Origin: Fibrobacter succinogenes subsp. succinogenes S85
Lineage (GTDB): Bacteria; Fibrobacterota; Fibrobacteria; Fibrobacterales; Fibrobacteraceae
DNA: 32,000 nt
NCBI RefSeq assembly: GCF_000146505.1
Contig: NC_017448.1
Coordinates: 1,380,001 to 1,412,000 of the forward strand
Reading direction: 5' to 3'
Every line of letters starts with the position of its first letter. Position 1 is the stretch's first letter. This document shows, piece by piece, positions 18,198-24,569 of the stretch. The translations under genes were made by a program, and so were the position numbers. The notes under the pieces were generated by a model that saw nothing but the letters and a program-made list of their open reading frames with translations, was not told the DNA's origin and ran no database searches.

Positions 18198-18222
18198 ACA
18201 TATGAACAACAATTCATATATA
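18198..18222. promoter_or_regulatory. Candidate ArsR/SmtB operator
   Basis: Inverted repeat ATATGAA (18200-18206) - 6 nt - TTCATAT (18213-18219), with a TGAACA...TTCA core. It is 28-50 nt upstream of the arsR-family start. Confidence 0.6.
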
Positions 18223-18368
18223 CATATTTTCATTTAACATGGCAAGGGTATTACCCCCTCCAAAAAGGCCCATTAACATCCATTACGACAATAAGATAAA
18301 GTCTTCTTTATTATATTTTCATTACAAGTTAGGGTCCACCACTAGGGACGCCACAAAAAGGAGTTTTT

Positions 18369-19193
18369 ATGAAGAAATTTGCAGCAGGTATTTTGACCGC
18401 ACTTTGCGCAACAGCCATTGCAACCGCACAGCCGATTGACCAGCCCATTGAAAACGCACCGCAAGCAGTTTCAACGCAAGCAGCCCCGGCTCAAGTAGCC
18501 CAGCAAGCAGTCGCTCCTGAAGCACAAAACAACGAAGCCATGCCCATCGACGAACAGCAAGCCGCGCCCGCCCCGAAGAAAAATGCAATCGGCTTCGGCG
18601 CACGCGCCTCGTTCATCTACGGTAACTTCTGGGGATTCAAGGACATGGATGACCTGGACGCCCCCAGCGGTTTCGGCGCTGACTTCGGCGTCGCAGCCCA
18701 CTTCCCCATCACCAACGGGCTCACATTCACTCCGGAAATCGCCTTCCGCCTTTTCTATCTTGATCATGGCGATGACGACTACACAAGAAACTTTGACATG
18801 ACCTTCCTTGACTTCGCATTTTATGTTCGCGGAGCCATCACAAAAACATTCTACCTTGAAGTCGGCCCGCAATTGTCGATCAACACTAGCGGCGATTACA
18901 CCATTGAAAACCAGAGCGGTGCTTACGATAATTTCGAAAACATCGAACAGACTCCCGTTGAATTCGGTATCAACATCGGTCTCGGCTACAACGTCCTGGA
19001 CAACTTAAGCGTCGGTTTCCGCTGGTACATGGGCTTCAACGAAGTTTTCCCTGATGTCAAGTACCTCGACGAACTCGGTCCTGAAGATTATGACGGCTCC
19101 AAAATCAAACATGGCGTCAAGTGCTCAATTTCCAACCTGAAGGGCGCCCACACGATGATGTTCAAGCTCGGCATCACTTACTGGTTCATTTAA
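18369..19193 (+). CDS. Outer-membrane beta-barrel protein (small porin/OmpA-like barrel family)
   Basis: AAGGAG SD. Signal peptide MKKFAAGILTALCATAIATA-QP. A Q/A/P-rich linker, then alternating amphipathic strands. C-terminal aromatic signature ...GITYWFI. Confidence 0.72.
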   Translation: MKKFAAGILTALCATAIATAQPIDQPIENAPQAVSTQAAPAQVAQQAVAPEAQNNEAMPIDEQQAAPAPKKNAIGFGARASFIYGNFWGFKDMDDLDAPSGFGADFGVAAHFPITNGLTFTPEIAFRLFYLDHGDDDYTRNFDMTFLDFAFYVRGAITKTFYLEVGPQLSINTSGDYTIENQSGAYDNFENIEQTPVEFGINIGLGYNVLDNLSVGFRWYMGFNEVFPDVKYLDELGPEDYDGSKIKHGVKCSISNLKGAHTMMFKLGITYWFI

Positions 19194-19199
19194 TAAAAA

Positions 19200-20930
19200 A
19201 TGCGTTCGCTCCAGTCCTTAAATTTGCAACCGATTCTTTCAACCGAGGGCATGCGTAATCTTGACGCAGCGTCAAAAGAATTTTTAGCAAAAAAGACAAC
19301 GAGCGAACCTTCTGAAAAAGACGTTATCCAAAGCGGATACACGTTAATGCAAGAGGCCGGGCTTGCGCTATTCAAGTTCGTAAAAAAAAGAATAGGAAAC
19401 GACTACGGCTACCATAGCGGTCCATTCATCGCCATTTTTATTGGTGGCGGGAACAATGGCGGAGACGGCCTCGTACTTGCGAAGCACCTGTTACAAGCAG
19501 GAATCAGAGCTTTCGTTTTCAGCCTCGCTCCAGCAAGCAAATTCAAGAATGAAGCCAAATTAGCGCTTGACGACTTTTTGCAAGCGGGCGGGGAACTTGA
19601 AGAATCCGCAAAGTTCGTTGAAAGTTTCGGGAAAAATCTTTATTCTCTTCGCAAAACTTTTCCGTTTGTCGTTGATTGCATGCTCGGCAACGGAGCCAAA
19701 GGAGAGCTCCGCTCTGAATATGCAAAGATTGTACAAATCATCAACGAAAGCAGACTCCCCGTTATAGCCGCAGATGCGCCAACCGGTTACGATTCCTCAT
19801 TGCACATTTGCAACAACATTTGCGTTCATGCAAAAGAAACAATGTTGTTCGGATTTCCGCGTCTGGACGCTTACACAAAAGAAGGCGGTCCCGCATTCGG
19901 GAAAGCTGTCGTAGCCCAGCTGAACTACCCCGGCGAAGTCATCAAGCAATTTGATGAAAAGAATTACCTCATCACAGAAGATTCTATTTCGCAACTTTTA
20001 CCCCAACGTAACGAATGGGGAGACAAGCGCCATCAAGGAACAGCGTTTATCATCGCAGGCTCCAAGGATATGCCGGGAGCAGCCGCGCTCTGCACAGAAG
20101 CAGCCCTCCGCAGCGGAGCAGGACTTGTCACGCTAGCTACGACCGAAGCGATTACCCCGATCATACAGGCCAAGCTTTCGGAACCTGTATTTTGCAGTCT
20201 TGAAGATAGAGCAGTCGAAAATTGCCGCGACGACGCTCGCAGCAAGAATCATGGAGTCCTGCAACCGCATCACATTCCAACTTTACTGGATCGAGCAAAA
20301 CATGCAAGCGCAATAGCCATCGGGCCAGGGCTTTCAACAAACTTCGGCACGTTTGAAACAGTCCTCGCATTACTCCCGCAGCTCAAGGCTCCAACAGTCA
20401 TTGACGCCGACGCCTTAAACGCAATTGCTATGTTGGATGACGCAGAACCCAGATGCGGTATGGTATTTCATGACGAGAAGTCAAAAATTCAGGCGGTCAC
20501 CGAATACCTGCGCAGTTTACAGCAGCCCGCCATTTTGACACCTCACGTACGAGAATTCGCAAGACTCTTCGGAGAACTTCCAAACAGTAGCATGGCCATC
20601 CCGAGCCGCTTAAGAGAAATCGCAACAAATACAAATAAAGTCATTTTGCTAAAAGGCGCGCCAACGTATATTGCCTCGCCCGATGGAAACGTTTACATCA
20701 TTCCTGTCGCAAATTCTGGGATGGCAAAAGGCGGCAGCGGAGACGTTCTTTCGGGAATTATCGTTGCACTCCTTGCACAAGGTTTGGCCACCCCCGAAGC
20801 AGCCGTACTCGGCGCGCTTTTGCACCAGAAAGCAGGCCGCATCGCCCGAGAAGAACTCGGCGCATTCAGCATGCTCCCCAGCGACATCATCAAGAATTTG
20901 CACAAAGCGTTTGTCCAAAACAACGCATAA
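19200..20930 (+). CDS. nnr: Bifunctional NAD(P)H-hydrate repair enzyme (epimerase / ADP-dependent dehydratase)
   Basis: YjeF_N motif IGGGNNGGDG and C-terminal carbohydrate-kinase-like motif GGSGDVLSG. At 576 aa it is somewhat longer than typical, with two apparent insertions. Confidence 0.88.
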   Translation: MRSLQSLNLQPILSTEGMRNLDAASKEFLAKKTTSEPSEKDVIQSGYTLMQEAGLALFKFVKKRIGNDYGYHSGPFIAIFIGGGNNGGDGLVLAKHLLQAGIRAFVFSLAPASKFKNEAKLALDDFLQAGGELEESAKFVESFGKNLYSLRKTFPFVVDCMLGNGAKGELRSEYAKIVQIINESRLPVIAADAPTGYDSSLHICNNICVHAKETMLFGFPRLDAYTKEGGPAFGKAVVAQLNYPGEVIKQFDEKNYLITEDSISQLLPQRNEWGDKRHQGTAFIIAGSKDMPGAAALCTEAALRSGAGLVTLATTEAITPIIQAKLSEPVFCSLEDRAVENCRDDARSKNHGVLQPHHIPTLLDRAKHASAIAIGPGLSTNFGTFETVLALLPQLKAPTVIDADALNAIAMLDDAEPRCGMVFHDEKSKIQAVTEYLRSLQQPAILTPHVREFARLFGELPNSSMAIPSRLREIATNTNKVILLKGAPTYIASPDGNVYIIPVANSGMAKGGSGDVLSGIIVALLAQGLATPEAAVLGALLHQKAGRIAREELGAFSMLPSDIIKNLHKAFVQNNA

Positions 20931-20958
20931 ATTTTGAAAATTTTGTTTTTTGCCGTTT

Positions 20959-21000
20959 TTTACGTGAAAGAGCCATAGATCGGAAGATTATTCACGTAAA
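20959..21000. repeat. Inverted repeat TTTACGTGAA - 22 nt - TTCACGTAAA
   Basis: Perfect 10-bp arms at 20959-20968 and 20991-21000. A T5 run follows. Confidence 0.85.
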
Positions 21001-21157
21001 TTTTTAAACAAATTAAATTCGTATTCTCTAAAAATGGATATTTTTCCAACTTTTAGCTTTTTTCTTACGAATCTAAGCTCCGTTTTCAGCACTTTTATGG
21101 ATAAAACACCCCCAAAACAGATTTTTAAGCAAAAACATCACAAACAACATTGCAAAA

Positions 21158-21197
21158 TTACGTGAAACAAATCCAAAAGAAACACTTTATCACGTAA
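21158..21197. repeat. Second copy of the inverted repeat: TTACGTGA - 24 nt - TCACGTAA
   Basis: Perfect 8-bp arms at 21158-21165 and 21190-21197. Same orientation as the first pair and 198 bp downstream of it. The loop sequences are unrelated. Confidence 0.85.
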
Positions 21198-21279
21198 ATT
21201 TCGTCATTTTTCAGAAATTTGATTTTTTCATGGTCTTACACAACAAGCACTTTTCACCCTCCATTTACTTCCTACCACA

Positions 21280-21323
21280 TTCTTTAGTCTCTCGTCTGTA
21301 GGGCGAAGCCCGTTCTTTAGTCT
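21280..21323. repeat. Direct repeat TTCTTTAGTCT x2 flanking a GGGC-GAA-GCCC mini-hairpin, just upstream of polA
   Basis: Copies at 21280-21290 and 21313-21323. GGGCGAAGCCC at 21301-21311. Confidence 0.85.
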
Positions 21324-21343
21324 AAATTTCTACATTCCCCAGT

Positions 21344-24262
21344 ATGGCAGAAAAGACTTTATTACTTCTCGATTCTTTCGCACTCGCGTTCCGCATGTTC
21401 TACGCTTACAGCCAGAACCCACTCGTCAACAGCAAGGGCGAAGACGTTTCCATGATGCACGGCTACTGGGGCGCAGTTCTCCGCATTTTAGCAAAGCACA
21501 AGCCCACGCATTTTGCGATCGCCCGCGATGTCGCGCACACAAAGACTTTCCGCCACGAACTTTACCCGGACTATAAGGCCAATCGCGGCCCGATGCCCGA
21601 AGAAATGGCAGCCCAGATGCCGCTCCTTTGCGAATCAATGGAAGCGAGCGGCATCCCGCTTTTGTCAGAACCCGGCTACGAAGCCGATGACGTGATGGCA
21701 AGCGCCGCCGAAGCCGCCGTGAACGCCGGTTTCGACCACGTCGTGATTATCAGCAAAGACAAGGACATGTCGCAAATCGTGACTGACAAAATCCACCTAT
21801 TCCATTTGGAAAAAGGCGCCGACGGCATTGATTTTGGACCGCAACAAGTCCTTGAAAAATACGGCATTCCGCCTGAAAAAATCCGCGACTATTTGGCACT
21901 CATGGGAGACTCGAGCGATAACGTTCCGGGCGTTCCAAAAGTTGGCCCAAAGACCGCCATTCAGTTGTTGACCGAATACGGCGACATGGACAACATTTAC
22001 GCAAACCTCGACAACATCAAGAAGAAAGGTTTGCACGACAACCTCGCGAATAACAAGGAACAGGCATTCCTCAGCCGCGAACTCGTGACGTTACAGACAA
22101 AGCGCGCTTACCATGGCAACCTCGATGCCCTTGAATTTTGCGGTCTCCACAGCGATACGCTCGAAGGTATTTTTAGGGAACACGAAATCAACAGCCTCAT
22201 TCGCCTGCTCGAAAACGTTCCGAGCAAGACCGGTTTTGTACGCAAAGACGACTCCGATGACTCCGCGGCAGGTTCCGAGAGCAACGGCACCTCCGATGAT
22301 GCATCCGGCGACTCTAGCAACAGCAAAGTCGTAAAAGCAAGCTTCCCGGCGGACCTCCCGCCCACCTACATCTGCGTTGATAACGATGAAGTTTTTGAAC
22401 AGATGAAAAAGGAATTTGACGAAGCGACCGAAATCGGCATCGACACCGAAACCGATGGACTTGACCCGATGCAATGCAACATTGTCGGGCTTTGCCTTGC
22501 CGCAGCCGCAAAAGACGGAAGCGTCCCCAAGGGATATTACATTCCGCTCGGCCATACCGACGATATCGGATTCCCTTACCCAGCCGGCAAGGGCGGCAAC
22601 TTCGACTTTAACGCCACAAAGAAGTGGTTCATCGATTTTTGGAACGATTCTTGCACACTCCCCGGCGACATTTCCGACAGCGGATCCAAGCAGCCCGACA
22701 GCGCAAAGCGTTCCCTTGTATTCCACAACGCCAAATTCGACTTACACGTTCTCGCCCGCACCTTTGGACTCACGCAAAAGCAAATCGATTCCGCCAACAT
22801 CATCGATACGCTCATCGCCGCATGGATGCTCTCGCCAGGCCAAACCGGGCTCGGTCTCGACAATCAGGTCATGCAGCTTTTGCAGCACGAGATGATCCCG
22901 ATCGAGAATCTCATCGGACGCGGCAAGAAACAAATCACGTTCAACCGCACGCCCATCAAGGACGCGACCGAATACGGCGCCGAAGACGCCGTCTACACGC
23001 TCCGCCTCTGGGCTCCGCTCCGCGCCAAGCTCCAGAAGTACGACTACGAAAAGTACTTCTTCAGCCAGGAAATGCCGCTTCTCAAGGTGCTTTACCAGAT
23101 GGAAGGTGTCGGTGCATTTGTCGACACGAAGATTCTCAAGAAATTGCAGACCGATTTGGAACACCGCATCGAAAAGCTCGAAAAAGAAATCTGCGACATG
23201 GCGGGTTGCGAATTTAACATTGGCTCTCCCAAGCAACTCGGTGAAGTGCTCTTTGACACGCTCGGACTCCCCGAAATCAAAAAGCGCAGCACCGATGCCG
23301 CCGTCCTTGAAGAACTCAGCTTCCGCAGCGCACACCCGATTGTTTTCGCCGTCATCGAGTACCGCGAACTCAAGAAGATGCAGAGCACCTACGTTTCCGT
23401 GCTCCCGACACTCGTGAATCCGGACACCAAGCGCATCCACACAAGCTTCATCCAGTGGGGTACAGCAACAGGCCGCCTCTCGAGCCGCGACCCGAACTTG
23501 CAAAACATCCCCGTCCGTAGCGATCTCGGCAAGCAAATCCGCGCCGCATTTGTGCCGCAGAACCCGAACAACGTGATTCTCGCGGTGGACTACTCGCAAA
23601 TTGAACTCCGCATGCTTGCCCACCTGAGCGGAGATGAAGCGCTCATCGAAAGCTACAAGGAAGGCATCGACATCCACGCCCGCACGGCAGCCGCCATCAA
23701 CCGCGTAAGCCTCGAAGACGTGACCGCCGACATGCGCCGCGACGCAAAGGTCGTGAACTTCGGCGTGCTCTACGGCATGACCGCCTTCCGCCTCTCCCGC
23801 GACCTGAAAATTCCGATGGCACAGGCCAAGAGCTTCATCGATGGCTACTTCGAAATGTACCAGGGCGTACAAAAGTTCATCGACGACACCAAGGCCGCCG
23901 CCCACCGCGATGGCTACGTTGAAACGCTTTCCGGCCGCCGCCGCTACATTGCAGGCATCGACAGTTCCGACCGCATGGAATCGCAAATGGCAGAGCGCAT
24001 GGCCGTGAACACCCCCGTGCAAGGGAGCGCCGCCGACCTCATCAAGATTGCCATGATCCGCATCCAAAAGCGCATCAACGACGAGAACCTCCCGCTCCGC
24101 ATGATGCTCCAGGTGCACGACGAACTCGTGTTCGAATGCCCGAAGGACCAGGTCGAAGCGCTTTCTGCCATGGTCAAGTCCGAAATGGAAGGAGCAATGG
24201 AACTTAAAGTTCCACTCGTCGCGAGCGTCGGATTCGGCAAAAACTGGTTAGAGGCGCATTAA
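21344..24262 (+). CDS. polA: DNA polymerase I (5'-nuclease, 3'-5' exonuclease and polymerase domains)
   Basis: Exo motifs IGIDTETDGLD, HNAKFDLHVL, YGAEDAVY. Pol motifs A DYSQIELRMLAH, B RRDAKVVNFGVLYGM, C QVHDELVFE. 972 aa. Confidence 0.97.
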   Translation: MAEKTLLLLDSFALAFRMFYAYSQNPLVNSKGEDVSMMHGYWGAVLRILAKHKPTHFAIARDVAHTKTFRHELYPDYKANRGPMPEEMAAQMPLLCESMEASGIPLLSEPGYEADDVMASAAEAAVNAGFDHVVIISKDKDMSQIVTDKIHLFHLEKGADGIDFGPQQVLEKYGIPPEKIRDYLALMGDSSDNVPGVPKVGPKTAIQLLTEYGDMDNIYANLDNIKKKGLHDNLANNKEQAFLSRELVTLQTKRAYHGNLDALEFCGLHSDTLEGIFREHEINSLIRLLENVPSKTGFVRKDDSDDSAAGSESNGTSDDASGDSSNSKVVKASFPADLPPTYICVDNDEVFEQMKKEFDEATEIGIDTETDGLDPMQCNIVGLCLAAAAKDGSVPKGYYIPLGHTDDIGFPYPAGKGGNFDFNATKKWFIDFWNDSCTLPGDISDSGSKQPDSAKRSLVFHNAKFDLHVLARTFGLTQKQIDSANIIDTLIAAWMLSPGQTGLGLDNQVMQLLQHEMIPIENLIGRGKKQITFNRTPIKDATEYGAEDAVYTLRLWAPLRAKLQKYDYEKYFFSQEMPLLKVLYQMEGVGAFVDTKILKKLQTDLEHRIEKLEKEICDMAGCEFNIGSPKQLGEVLFDTLGLPEIKKRSTDAAVLEELSFRSAHPIVFAVIEYRELKKMQSTYVSVLPTLVNPDTKRIHTSFIQWGTATGRLSSRDPNLQNIPVRSDLGKQIRAAFVPQNPNNVILAVDYSQIELRMLAHLSGDEALIESYKEGIDIHARTAAAINRVSLEDVTADMRRDAKVVNFGVLYGMTAFRLSRDLKIPMAQAKSFIDGYFEMYQGVQKFIDDTKAAAHRDGYVETLSGRRRYIAGIDSSDRMESQMAERMAVNTPVQGSAADLIKIAMIRIQKRINDENLPLRMMLQVHDELVFECPKDQVEALSAMVKSEMEGAMELKVPLVASVGFGKNWLEAH

Positions 24263-24289
24263 GGCGGCGAATCTCGCCCGCGCCGCCCC

Positions 24290-24305
24290 AAATGTTCTCA
24301 AAAAA
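24290..24305. repeat. 16-mer AAATGTTCTCAAAAAA, copy 1
   Basis: An exact second copy lies at 24486-24501. The sub-motif GTTCTCAAA also occurs at 24307-24315. Confidence 0.8.
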
Positions 24306-24485
24306 AGTTCTCAAACAAATGTGATTTTAACCACGTTTGTTCTTACAAACTTGTTATTTATTTCTATGTAAATAATTTTTCAGTTGCGTTTCAAGCCTTT
24401 TTCATATATATTACTAGGCGTACAACGGGTGTATTCTTGAGTGTATGAGAAAAAGGGATGTTTGAGATTGGGCAAAAACGCTCGA

Positions 24486-24501
24486 AAATGTTCTCAAAAA
24501 A
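24486..24501. repeat. 16-mer AAATGTTCTCAAAAAA, copy 2 (about 70 nt upstream of the GH5 start)
   Basis: Exact match to 24290-24305. Confidence 0.8.
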
Positions 24502-24569
24502 TTTCTAAAATCACTTAAATTTCACAAAATAAGGCACCCAATCACAAGTCTCAACAAGGAGTCTTAGAC

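Noticed and set aside
18239-18439. A 66-aa ORF overlapping the start of the OM beta-barrel gene.
   Set aside because: It overlaps the well-supported SD plus signal-peptide start at 18369 in another frame. It has no motifs.
21034-21165. A small 43-codon ORF in the nnr-polA spacer (MDIFPTFSFFLTNLSSVFSTFMDKTPPKQIFKQKHHKQHCKIT), with a hydrophobic N-terminus and a basic tail.
   Set aside because: It has no SD-like sequence. The region is AT-rich, where short ORFs arise by chance, and there is nothing to compare it with. Ribosome profiling or conservation analysis could revive it.
20931-21343. Replication origin or other DnaA-box region, considered because of the AT-rich, repeat-containing spacer.
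   Set aside because: No TTATCCACA-like DnaA boxes are seen, and no dnaA/dnaN context. The repeats have an ACGT core instead.
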